In this document: positions 7,684 to 15,585 of the stretch, one piece after another
Layout of the letters: every line of letters starts with the position of its first letter
How positions within the stretch are numbered: position 1 is the first letter of the stretch
From: Xylanibacter ruminicola 23
GTDB lineage: Bacteria; Bacteroidota; Bacteroidia; Bacteroidales; Bacteroidaceae
Length of the DNA stretch: 32,000 nucleotides
Reading direction: 5' to 3'
Assembly (NCBI RefSeq): GCF_000025925.1
Contig: NC_014033.1
Location: forward strand, 1,530,001-1,562,000
The notes under the pieces: model-generated
What the model saw: only the letters and a program-made list of their open reading frames with translations
What the model was told of the DNA's origin: nothing
The model's database searches: none
Program-made: the position numbers and the translations under genes

Positions 7684-7713
7684 ATTGTTATTAATTAATA
7701 ATTTTGCAACGGA

Positions 7714-9090
7714 CTACAGGACTTCATGATTCTTTTTTTCGTCCTCAATAATTCGCTTGCGGTTGAACCACATCATAGCGGCAGTAAAGACAGTAAGCAC
7801 GCCCAGGCCTACCCACTGCAGGTTGTTAACGCACTTGTAGATAGTCCAGCCAAACAGGCTCGAAGCAAAGTCGAGCGCACCAGCCTCGAAGCCCTCAGGA
7901 ATCTTGGCAGCGTTATCGCCCGTCTGCTCAAACACGGTGTGGGCGGCCTGCGTAAAGGCGGGCGCCATATCGGTTACAAACCACAGACCGATGGCCAGAG
8001 CCACCAGTCCAACGATAAAGGTCTTAACCACGTTACCCTTGGTGTAAGGCAGCACCATCACAAACACATAGAACATACCAGCCAACGAGGCCAGAGGCAG
8101 GAACTGGTTGCCTGGCAGGATAACAGCCAAGCCCAGGGTTACAGGTATCAACAGCAGCGATACTACCAGCGTGGTGGGATGACCGATGACCAATGCTGGC
8201 GACATGCCGATATATACCTTCTTACCATTGAACTTCTTCTTAACCACCTCCTGAGTTTTCTCTGAGATAGGCATTAAGCCATCGATAAACAGCTTGGTAA
8301 TACGTGGGATGAGCTCCATCACAGCACCCATGGTAACACCCAGGAACAGGATTTTCTTAATATCCAACTGAGCCAAAGCACCAATCAGCGCACCTACGAT
8401 AACACCCAACACCAAGGGCTCGCCCAGTACACCAAACTTCTTTTTCAATCCCTCGGCATCGATGTCCAGCTTTGAGAAACCAGGAATCATATCCAAGCCC
8501 TTATTAACGAGCATGGCAAACGGAGTGAAACTCTGCACAAAAGGCTGCGGGATAGAGATGCCCTCCATACCCTCGTAATAGCCCTGGAACTTAGGCGCTG
8601 TAAGGTCGGCCATTACCAGCGTGTTGATGTAGCATACGATAGCGGCGAAATAGCCCCATGCCAGACTCTGATCCATCACGAAATAGGCTACGGCACCAAT
8701 AAAGGCAAAGTGCCAGTAGTTCCACAGGTCGATATTAACGGTGCGGGTGGTTTTGGTGATGAGCATGAGGAAGTTTACACCCAGACAGATGGGGATGATG
8801 AGTGCGCCTACAGCCGTGTTGTAAGCCACAGCAGCTGCTGCCGGCCAACCCATATCGAACACGCCGAGCTGGAGGTTGTACAAACGCGAAATCTCAGAAA
8901 GCGGATCGCCAAAATTGTTAGTTAGCAGGGCCGTTACAATGCCCAGACCAACAAATCCTACACCTACGTAAAGTCCTGATTTCAAGGACTTTCCGAATTT
9001 CAATCCAATACAAAGTCCAATAATAGTAAACAGTATGGGCATCATGACTGATGCACCAAGACTGATAATGTAACTGAATACTTGTTCCAT
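7714..9090 (-). CDS. PTS EIIC-type permease, galactitol (GatC) family
   Basis: The ORF aligns by eye with E. coli GatC: GLYVGVGFVGLGIV, VFDMGWPAAAAVAY, TRTVNIDLWNYWHFAFIGA, KKFGVLGEPLVLGVIVG, MELIPRITKLFIDGLMPIS, PALVIGHPT, PGNQFLPLASLA. The track ORF extends to 9168. The -7 box at 9113-9120 lies inside that extension, and GatC homology starts at MEQVFSYII, so I place the start at the ATG at 9088-9090 (458 aa). Confidence 0.8.
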   Translation of the reverse strand: MEQVFSYIISLGASVMMPILFTIIGLCIGLKFGKSLKSGLYVGVGFVGLGIVTALLTNNFGDPLSEISRLYNLQLGVFDMGWPAAAAVAYNTAVGALIIPICLGVNFLMLITKTTRTVNIDLWNYWHFAFIGAVAYFVMDQSLAWGYFAAIVCYINTLVMADLTAPKFQGYYEGMEGISIPQPFVQSFTPFAMLVNKGLDMIPGFSKLDIDAEGLKKKFGVLGEPLVLGVIVGALIGALAQLDIKKILFLGVTMGAVMELIPRITKLFIDGLMPISEKTQEVVKKKFNGKKVYIGMSPALVIGHPTTLVVSLLLIPVTLGLAVILPGNQFLPLASLAGMFYVFVMVLPYTKGNVVKTFIVGLVALAIGLWFVTDMAPAFTQAAHTVFEQTGDNAAKIPEGFEAGALDFASSLFGWTIYKCVNNLQWVGLGVLTVFTAAMMWFNRKRIIEDEKKNHEVL

Positions 9091-9112
9091 TGTTTTTAGT
9101 CGATTTTTGGTG

Positions 9113-9120
9113 CAAAGATA
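9113..9120 (-). promoter_or_regulatory. -7 box (TATCTTTG on the minus strand) for the EIIC-kduI-exuT operon
   Basis: The complement of caaagata at 9113-9120 is TATCTTTG, 23 nt upstream of the ATG at 9090. Confidence 0.5.
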
Positions 9121-9171
9121 CACATTTTTGCCGAACAACACGAGAAAGCGAACGTTTTTTTTACTCAAACG

Positions 9172-11124
9172 TTAACGTAAGTCGTCGTGCAGGTCAACCC
9201 ATGCCTCTTCGTCGGGTATCACAATCACAAATCGTGAGCCGTTGGTATAGGTGGCATCCAGCTTCAGCTCGCCTCCAATCAGGCGCACCAACTGGCGGCA
9301 TACTGGCAAGCCCAAGCCTAAGCCCTCGCTAAAGATATCACCCTTCTCGAACGTATCGAAAAGATTCTTGCGAACACTCTCACTAATACCAGGACCTGTA
9401 TCCTCGACAAAGAACATCACCTTGAGTCCATCGGTCTTTACCGACAGCTTTACATGGCCCTCGGTAGTAAACTTCTTGGCGTTAAACAGCAACTCGTTCA
9501 AGGCCTTGGTAAGATAGTCGCGATTGGTTTTAACCGTACGTGTATCATCCACCTGCACATCGGTAGTTAAATCGATGGTATGCGGCGGGCGCGAGGCATA
9601 GATATCGGCCACATGCTGAATAAGCTCCTTAATGCAAACACGCTCATGGGTATCCACCTTTACATCCTTACCGGCATTCGAGGCAACAATAAGCATACCC
9701 ACCATACGACTGATGAGGATGGCGTTGGTTTGCATGGTTTCTGTAATATTGCCGAGATCCTCCTGAGGGATACTCTCGTAATCGTCGCGCAGCACCTGGG
9801 TAAAGCCGTTGATAATGTTGAGCGGCGTACGTATCTGGTGGGTTATATCCTGCAAGAACTCGTTCTTCTTCTCGTCGGCCTTATGCGCCTGTTCGTTGGC
9901 CTCGGCCAAATCCTGGTTCATCCGCTCGGCATCCAGGTTGGTTTGCTTCAGGTTCAGGATATGACTACTCAGGGCCTGTTGCATCTCAGCAAAATTATTC
10001 TGCAGGCGACCTATCACATCCTTACGCCTACTGAAGCTGATGGCCTCGTGGAAGTGGCCGTCGGTAATGTAGCTGATTTGATGCGTCAGGTCGTTAAGCG
10101 GCTGCACCATCATCGACACCACATTGAGGCAGAATACCAGAATGAGCAGCAAACCAAACGTAAGCACAGGTATCAGAATGTAGAGCAGTTTGTTGTAGCT
10201 CACAAAGACATCGCTCTCGTAACATATCAGCGCCATGCTCCATGGGGCTTTGGTGAGCGACTGATAGAGCACCACGCAAGGCTCGCCATTCACCTTTACG
10301 TTGAGCATACCCTTCTTGCCGGCTATCATCTGGTGACCAAGTGAAATCAGATCCTGCTGCTTGGTGGGGTCGGCATCGTTGAAGATGGTACGACTCTTAA
10401 GCTTCGTGGTATCGGGATGCACAATATACTGGCCATTGGCACCCAGCAACATGACATACGATTTAGGATACGGCTTATACGACGATATCACCTCCGACAG
10501 CCAGTCGATGGCCAAGTCGGTTGAGATGACACTCATCAGACGCTTGTGGCGATCGTACATCGGCACGCAGTACGACACAATCATATCGTTGAAATCGGTC
10601 GACTCTACACCCTGCAAATCCTCGGCATAAGCCTCAACCCAGCAGGGTTTGCCTAAGGTGGCGGCTGTGCGATACCAAGGTTTGTCGAAATAGTTGTAAG
10701 GCTTCTCAATATTAGCCACTACCGTATCGGCATTTTCTGGATTATAGGCATAAACAGAGAAATAGCGGCCACGATCGGGGAAGAAATCGGGCGCCATAAC
10801 CACCGAACAACCATCAAAGTTTGGATTCTGCCCTACTACCAATCGGATGTAATTAAGCAGCGAGTCGGGGCGTATGTCGTCGCCCAGATGCCATACGGCA
10901 GTACGGGTGGCAGTCTCCACCTCGTTCATCAGCTCGTTTACACGCTCGGTACAGTTCTCGAGCTCAAGGTTGGCGTGCTCCATAGCCTGCTGCTTTACCA
11001 GCTGGCGCGAATAGAGGAACAGGGTGCCGATAGAGAATGTGAACACCACTACCAGGAACAAGAGGATGCCCAAACTGAGTTTGAGCGACAGCTTGCGTTT
11101 GATGCGATTCAATAATATACTCAT
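9172..11124 (-). CDS. Sensor histidine kinase: TM, Cache-like periplasmic domain, TM, HAMP, HisKA, HATPase
   Basis: 650-aa ORF. The two TM segments are LGILLFLVVVFTFSIGTLFLY and LLYILIPVLTFGLLLILVFCL. The Cache-type stretch is FDKPWYRTAA...MIVSYCVPMYDRHKRLMSVISTDLAIDWL. The H-box is EFLQDITHQIRTPLNIINGF, the N-box LNELLFNAKKFT, G1 VEDTGPGI and G2 GLGLGLPVCRQLV. There is no receiver domain. Confidence 0.85.
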   Translation of the reverse strand: MSILLNRIKRKLSLKLSLGILLFLVVVFTFSIGTLFLYSRQLVKQQAMEHANLELENCTERVNELMNEVETATRTAVWHLGDDIRPDSLLNYIRLVVGQNPNFDGCSVVMAPDFFPDRGRYFSVYAYNPENADTVVANIEKPYNYFDKPWYRTAATLGKPCWVEAYAEDLQGVESTDFNDMIVSYCVPMYDRHKRLMSVISTDLAIDWLSEVISSYKPYPKSYVMLLGANGQYIVHPDTTKLKSRTIFNDADPTKQQDLISLGHQMIAGKKGMLNVKVNGEPCVVLYQSLTKAPWSMALICYESDVFVSYNKLLYILIPVLTFGLLLILVFCLNVVSMMVQPLNDLTHQISYITDGHFHEAISFSRRKDVIGRLQNNFAEMQQALSSHILNLKQTNLDAERMNQDLAEANEQAHKADEKKNEFLQDITHQIRTPLNIINGFTQVLRDDYESIPQEDLGNITETMQTNAILISRMVGMLIVASNAGKDVKVDTHERVCIKELIQHVADIYASRPPHTIDLTTDVQVDDTRTVKTNRDYLTKALNELLFNAKKFTTEGHVKLSVKTDGLKVMFFVEDTGPGISESVRKNLFDTFEKGDIFSEGLGLGLPVCRQLVRLIGGELKLDATYTNGSRFVIVIPDEEAWVDLHDDLR

Positions 11125-12584
11125 GCCTCTCCCTCCTCTTCTTGATTTTTAGTTGCAACTTCGAGCAGTTTGTCCAGCAACTGAGTAACAGTAAACGTAT
11201 GGGCATCAACCTGATTAGCCAGCTCTACAATCTGCTCGTGCGGCATCTCATGATGATGCTGGCGCACCTCGGTTACCAGTCGCGATATCTCGTTAACTGG
11301 TTCATCCATCTGGTCGGTCATATTCTGCAGGAAGGCCATCTTCACCCTATCAGCCTCGGTCTTATGCTTCTGAGCCTCGGTAAGCAGCCAGTTCTGCTCA
11401 ACCAGCATCAGATTCTTGTGGTCGATCTCGTCGAGGTGCTGCCTGATGGATTGCTGCATGGTAATAAAGCTGTTGGCCAGAACACCCACCTCGTCCTGGC
11501 GGTTACTGGTCTTGATAGGCACATCGTAATGACCGCTCTTAATCAAACAGGCCGACTTCTCGAGAGCGCGCAACGGGTGCAGCTCACGATGGATAAATAC
11601 TGAGCAGAACACCACGATAGCAATCAGAGCCAGCAGCACTACTGCAAACATCAGCGGAATCATCGTGTTGTAGTTACCCATAATCTCGTCCTCGGGGCAT
11701 GCCACCGTAATCTCCCATTTAGTTTTCTCGAAAGGCTTATAAGCTAAAACACGGGGCGTACCGTTCAGGCTGAGCTGCTCGGTACCACTCTGACCGTTCA
11801 TCATCTTATAGGCTGTTAAGCTGTACTTCTCCTCAGGATACTGCTCCATCAGCGTAAACATGGCGCGTGGGCGCAACAACGAGGTATCGGGATGGATGAC
11901 AAAAGCTCCCGTATGGGTCATGAGCGAACCTGTTACATAAGGTAACGGGCGCTGCTCGTAAATGATTTTCGTCAACCAATAGATAGAGATATCTACACCA
12001 TACACACCTACTACCTTACCATCCCTGTGTATAGGCATGGCGTAGGTGATAATAGGCTCATCGTCGGTTCGGTAATCCTCGCGGGGCTCTGTCCACATAT
12101 TCTTATCGTGGGTCATTGGCTCCTCGTACCACTGCTGGTGCAGATACGAGTCGTGGGCAAACAGCTCGCTCCTGACTACCTTTCCCTTCCATCGGTGATA
12201 GTAAATCATATAATCCTTTTCGCCACGATCGGGGAATGTGCCAGGCACAAAGGCGGTGGCAATACCTATAATCGTGGGTTCGTTGGCCAGTATCTGCTGG
12301 GTGTACTTCCCAATCTCGAGCGTGTCGGTCATGTTCTGCTCTACCCACCAATGCGTCTGACGGGTTATCACCTCAATCTCGTGCAACTTCTGCCCCACCG
12401 CTATCTCAAACTGATCAAGTATATCCTCGGCCTTACCCAGCGATTCGTCGTGAACCGCCTGGCGGGCATAATAGAACATCAAGGAGAAAGTGGCGGCAAA
12501 CAATATTGACACGAACAATACCACCCACAAACTGAGCTTTGCAGATAGTGATTTTATGATGGTATATAGAAAGTTCGGTTTCAT
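11121..12584 (-). CDS. Cache-HAMP sensor paralogue with a degenerate DHp (His replaced by Asp) and no ATP-binding domain
   Basis: 487-aa ORF with the same layout as the downstream kinase. It has a TM (LWVVLFVSILFAATFSLMFYY), a Cache-like domain (HQQWYEEPM...PIITYAMPIHRDGKVVGVYGVDISIYWL), a second TM, and a HAMP (RQDEVGVLANSFITMQQSI). Its H-box equivalent is AFLQNMTDQMDEPVNEI, and the protein ends about 75 aa later. Its stop overlaps the next start as ATGA (11121-11124). Confidence 0.7.
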   Translation of the reverse strand: MKPNFLYTIIKSLSAKLSLWVVLFVSILFAATFSLMFYYARQAVHDESLGKAEDILDQFEIAVGQKLHEIEVITRQTHWWVEQNMTDTLEIGKYTQQILANEPTIIGIATAFVPGTFPDRGEKDYMIYYHRWKGKVVRSELFAHDSYLHQQWYEEPMTHDKNMWTEPREDYRTDDEPIITYAMPIHRDGKVVGVYGVDISIYWLTKIIYEQRPLPYVTGSLMTHTGAFVIHPDTSLLRPRAMFTLMEQYPEEKYSLTAYKMMNGQSGTEQLSLNGTPRVLAYKPFEKTKWEITVACPEDEIMGNYNTMIPLMFAVVLLALIAIVVFCSVFIHRELHPLRALEKSACLIKSGHYDVPIKTSNRQDEVGVLANSFITMQQSIRQHLDEIDHKNLMLVEQNWLLTEAQKHKTEADRVKMAFLQNMTDQMDEPVNEISRLVTEVRQHHHEMPHEQIVELANQVDAHTFTVTQLLDKLLEVATKNQEEEGEA

Positions 12585-12616
12585 TGTTCCAAAATTAATA
12601 GAAGATTGTTTGGGTA

Positions 12617-12647
12617 CAAAGATACAAAAAAAATTAATACAACCAAA
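12617..12647 (-). promoter_or_regulatory. Bacteroidota-type promoter for the sensor pair
   Basis: Read on the minus strand: TTTG (complement of 12644-12647), a 19-nt spacer, then TATCTTTG (complement of 12617-12624). This lies 33 nt upstream of the ATG at 12584. Confidence 0.55.
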
Positions 12648-12664
12648 CTTTTTACCATATTTTT

Positions 12665-12703
12665 ACAAAAAAAGATCGGAAGCCCGCATCACTGCGAGCT
12701 CCC
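12665..12703 (-). terminator. Rho-independent terminator (second of two) after the Nudix gene
   Basis: The minus-strand RNA reads GGGAGCUCGCA-GUGA-UGCGGGCUUCC, an 11-bp stem including two G.U pairs with a GNRA-type loop. It is followed by GAUCUUUUUUUG. Confidence 0.65.
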
Positions 12704-12722
12704 GACAAGGACTCTAATAATA

Positions 12723-12748
12723 AGCCCCGCAATACAAATTGCAGGGCT
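12723..12748 (-). terminator. Hairpin (first of two) directly after the Nudix gene stop
   Basis: The minus-strand RNA reads AGCCCUGCAAU-UUGU-AUUGCGGGGCU, an 11-bp stem with one G.U pair. It is followed by UAUUAUUAGAG, a weaker U-tract than the second hairpin. Confidence 0.45.
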
Positions 12749-12770
12749 CAAACATCATATTTATAAGGGA

Positions 12771-13280
12771 TTATGCCAGAAAGAACTTGCGGAACTCGCT
12801 CTCGAAGTTAGGCGTCAGGAATCCGCGGCCCATCGCCAAACGTATCTCCTGGATGCTCCAGAACCGTCCACCATCAAGCTCTGAGGCCGAAGGGGTAACA
12901 GGACCATCGTAAACGGTGCGATGTACATATACCAATTCGCGCTCGCGTGCACTCTCAAATACGTACATTCCTACCCGCTCGGGCTTAAAGTCGGTAATAC
13001 CAAGTTCCTCGCGCACCTCGCGCACCAAGGCCTGCTCTGGGGTCTCGCCATAATCTATATGACCGCCCACGCTGGTATCCCACTTGCCTGGCTGAATATC
13101 CTTCCATTCAGGGCGGCGCTGCAGATACACCTCGCCCTTACTGTTAAACACATGCAGATGCACCACAGGATGCAAAAGACGAGAGCCACTATGGCACTCG
13201 CCTCGTGTGGCTGAGCCGATAACGCTGCCGTCGTCGGCCACCACAGGGAATAGTTCCTCACTATTATCGCTCATCACCAC
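12771..13280 (-). CDS. NUDIX hydrolase
   Basis: 169-aa ORF with a Nudix box, GGHIDYGETPEQALVREVREELGI (G-x5-E-x7-REUxEExGU). It starts 3 nt after the upstream lipoprotein stop. Confidence 0.8.
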   Translation of the reverse strand: MVMSDNSEELFPVVADDGSVIGSATRGECHSGSRLLHPVVHLHVFNSKGEVYLQRRPEWKDIQPGKWDTSVGGHIDYGETPEQALVREVREELGITDFKPERVGMYVFESARERELVYVHRTVYDGPVTPSASELDGGRFWSIQEIRLAMGRGFLTPNFESEFRKFFLA

Positions 13281-13283
13281 TTA

Positions 13284-13895
13284 TTATTTGTTGCGATAAA
13301 AAACAAATGGTGTGTCCTTGCTAAGATATGAGGTAAGCTTATCGTCCATATAGATGGCACCCTCGATAATCTCCATCGAAAACTCCTTAGTGCTGGTGTT
13401 ATAGATACCGCTTGAATAGGTGTTGGTAGAATAGAAAGCCACCTGTACCTTGTGCTCGCCATCGTTGAGCTTAACAGTATATTTTGGAGCCTTGGGGTTA
13501 ATGAGCCAGTAGATAGGCGAAATCTTCATAAAGCCAATGTAGCAATCGATGTCCTGATCGGGACAAGCCTGAAGGGCAGCACGCAACTCCTTACCCTGAG
13601 TACTTACGCTATCGATATTGTGAGCCAGCAAACGGGCGGGAAAATCGTGAATGGTCATGGTGCTATCGGTAGAGATAGTCCAGCTGATGTCTACTGAATC
13701 TACATTGTTCACATCCTTCTGGGTGGGAGCCGAATAATACACCTTACCAAGATGAGTGCCACGAACGGCGTTTAAACAGGTAGCAATCTCGCCTTGAGTA
13801 AGGTTCTTAACCTCACTGCTATCATCACCAATACACGATGTTAAACAAACAGCTGCCATGCAGCATGCAACAGAGAAAATTTTTAATGCTTTCAT
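13284..13895 (-). CDS. Lipoprotein of unknown function
   Basis: MKALKIFSVACCMAAVCLTSCIGDD is a canonical lipoprotein signal with a lipobox Cys. The rest has no motif I recognise. The track ORF begins 14 codons further upstream (13937), and either start is possible. Confidence 0.6.
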   Translation of the reverse strand: MKALKIFSVACCMAAVCLTSCIGDDSSEVKNLTQGEIATCLNAVRGTHLGKVYYSAPTQKDVNNVDSVDISWTISTDSTMTIHDFPARLLAHNIDSVSTQGKELRAALQACPDQDIDCYIGFMKISPIYWLINPKAPKYTVKLNDGEHKVQVAFYSTNTYSSGIYNTSTKEFSMEIIEGAIYMDDKLTSYLSKDTPFVFYRNK

Positions 13896-14082
13896 TTTTT
13901 TACTTATTGTTTTTGTTTTGTGATTTGAATTGTACACACTCTAAATGCACTACAACCCAAAATCTTGCATCACTAACCGTTAATAATATTTAATTCGTCG
14001 CTTTTTTAGGTTTCGACCCTGCAAAGGTATATTGTTTTTGCGAAAAACACGAAACTTTAATCAGAATATCAACAAAAAAATG

Positions 14083-14090
14083 TAATTTTG
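14083..14090 (+). promoter_or_regulatory. -7 box TAATTTTG for the flavodoxin/ferredoxin gene
   Basis: TAATTTTG at 14083-14090 ends only 4 nt before the ATG at 14095. On the opposite strand, TACCTTTG (complement of 14019-14026) may serve the divergent lipoprotein gene. Confidence 0.5.
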
Positions 14091-14094
14091 CACC

Positions 14095-14919
14095 ATGATA
14101 TTCTATTTTACAGGCACAGGAAACACCAAATGGGTGGCCAAGCAGATTAGCGAGGCCATCGGTGAAGAGTTATTCTACATCCCCGACTTGATACGTAAGG
14201 GACAGAACCAGTTTGAGTTAAAGCAGAACGAAACCATCGGCTTCTGCTTCCCCACCCATGGCTGGCAACCACCCAAAATCGTGCGCGAGTTTATCAAAAA
14301 ATTAATTATCAATTATCAATTGTCCGCTCCAGCTCCGCTGGCTTGCAAGGCAAGAACTGTCAACTGTTACTGCTGGGCGCTCACCACCTGTGGCGACAAC
14401 ATAGGCGAAACGATGACGATACTGAACAAGGATTTAGCCACTATCGGCTTGCAGGCCACCACGCAGTTTGCCGTTGTGATGCCCGAAAGCTATGTGTGCC
14501 TGCCGTTTATGTACACGGATACTGAGGAGAAAGAGCACGCCAAGATAAACCAGGCACGAAAGATGCTGCCACATATCATATCGGTTATACGCGAACGCAC
14601 GACGGGTGTTGAGGAGTTAGTAAAAGGCGGCACTCCCCGACTCTACTCGTACGTGATTGGTGCTTACTTTAATGCCCGCATGGTAAACGACAAGAAGTTT
14701 ACGGTTGATGAGGATGTGTGTATCAAATGTGGCAAATGCATAAAAGTGTGCCCTGTAGATAATATACAAGGAACACCGCCCGAGTGGATTCACAACGGAC
14801 GGTGTACCTCTTGTTTAGCCTGTTATCATTATTGCCCCGTGCATGCCATCAACTTTGGCAAGATTACACGTAAGCGCGATCAGTACTACTTTAATAAACG
14901 CGGGGACCAAAAATCTTAG
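14095..14919 (+). CDS. Flavodoxin-like domain fused to a 2x[4Fe-4S] ferredoxin domain (EFR1-type)
   Basis: 274-aa ORF. The N-terminus MIFYFTGTGNTKWVAKQI is a flavodoxin-like phosphate loop. The C-terminus holds two Cys clusters, CIKCGKCIKVCP and CTSCLACYHYCP. Confidence 0.8.
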   Translation: MIFYFTGTGNTKWVAKQISEAIGEELFYIPDLIRKGQNQFELKQNETIGFCFPTHGWQPPKIVREFIKKLIINYQLSAPAPLACKARTVNCYCWALTTCGDNIGETMTILNKDLATIGLQATTQFAVVMPESYVCLPFMYTDTEEKEHAKINQARKMLPHIISVIRERTTGVEELVKGGTPRLYSYVIGAYFNARMVNDKKFTVDEDVCIKCGKCIKVCPVDNIQGTPPEWIHNGRCTSCLACYHYCPVHAINFGKITRKRDQYYFNKRGDQKS

Positions 14920-15568
14920 TGCCCACACGTATCATGGTTGAGCCTGTCTGCAGGGCGATGGGATAATCATCGCTCATACCCCACGAACGCTCACAAAACG
15001 CATCGTCGTCGGCAAAATACTGAGCCTTCACCTCGTCGAAGAAATCGCGAGCAGTCTGCATCTCCTGGCGAATCTGCGCTTCGTCATTCACAAACGATGC
15101 CATCATCATCAAGCCACAAATCTGCACATGCTGCATCTCGCGCCACTCGCCAGCTGCCAACAGCTCACGACAGGCATCGAGTGTAAGACCGTACTTGGTA
15201 GCCTCCTCGGCAATATGCAGCTCAAGCAGCACCTTGATACGGCGACCACACTTTTCGGCCTGCTTGTTAATCTCGCGCAACAACTTGAGCGAGTCAACAG
15301 CCTCGATCATCGTTACATAAGGTGCAATGTACTTTACCTTGTTGGTTTGCAAATGGCCGATAAAGTGCCATTCGATATCCTGAGGCAGCGACTGATGCTT
15401 CTGGCGCAACTCCTGTTCGTGACTCTCGCCAAACACACGCTGACCCTCCTCGTAGGCTGCCTCGATATACTCGTTAGGGTGATATTTAGAGATAGCCACA
15501 AGGCGAACACCTTGTGGCAATGTATCGAGCACCTCGTGCAGATGGGATTTAACGTCGTAATCCATCAT
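14891..15568 (-). CDS. yggS: YggS-family pyridoxal-phosphate homeostasis protein
   Basis: 225-aa ORF that aligns with E. coli YggS: LVAISKYHP, FGESHEQE, WHFIGHLQTNKVKYI, GLMMMAS, WGMSDDYPIALQTGSTMIRVGTKIFGPR. Its 3' end overlaps the convergent upstream gene by 29 bp. Confidence 0.9.
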   Translation of the reverse strand: MMDYDVKSHLHEVLDTLPQGVRLVAISKYHPNEYIEAAYEEGQRVFGESHEQELRQKHQSLPQDIEWHFIGHLQTNKVKYIAPYVTMIEAVDSLKLLREINKQAEKCGRRIKVLLELHIAEEATKYGLTLDACRELLAAGEWREMQHVQICGLMMMASFVNDEAQIRQEMQTARDFFDEVKAQYFADDDAFCERSWGMSDDYPIALQTGSTMIRVGTKIFGPRVY

Positions 15569-15585
15569 CGTATCGTTTGCGTTTC

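Noticed and set aside
7699-7706. A perfect TAATTTTG -7-like box on the + strand in the kduI/EIIC spacer, pointing antisense into the 3' end of the EIIC gene.
   Set aside because: There is no + strand gene or structured RNA downstream and no -33 TTTG at the right spacing. An 8-mer in AT-rich spacer DNA can occur by chance. It is worth checking only if antisense RNA-seq signal exists.
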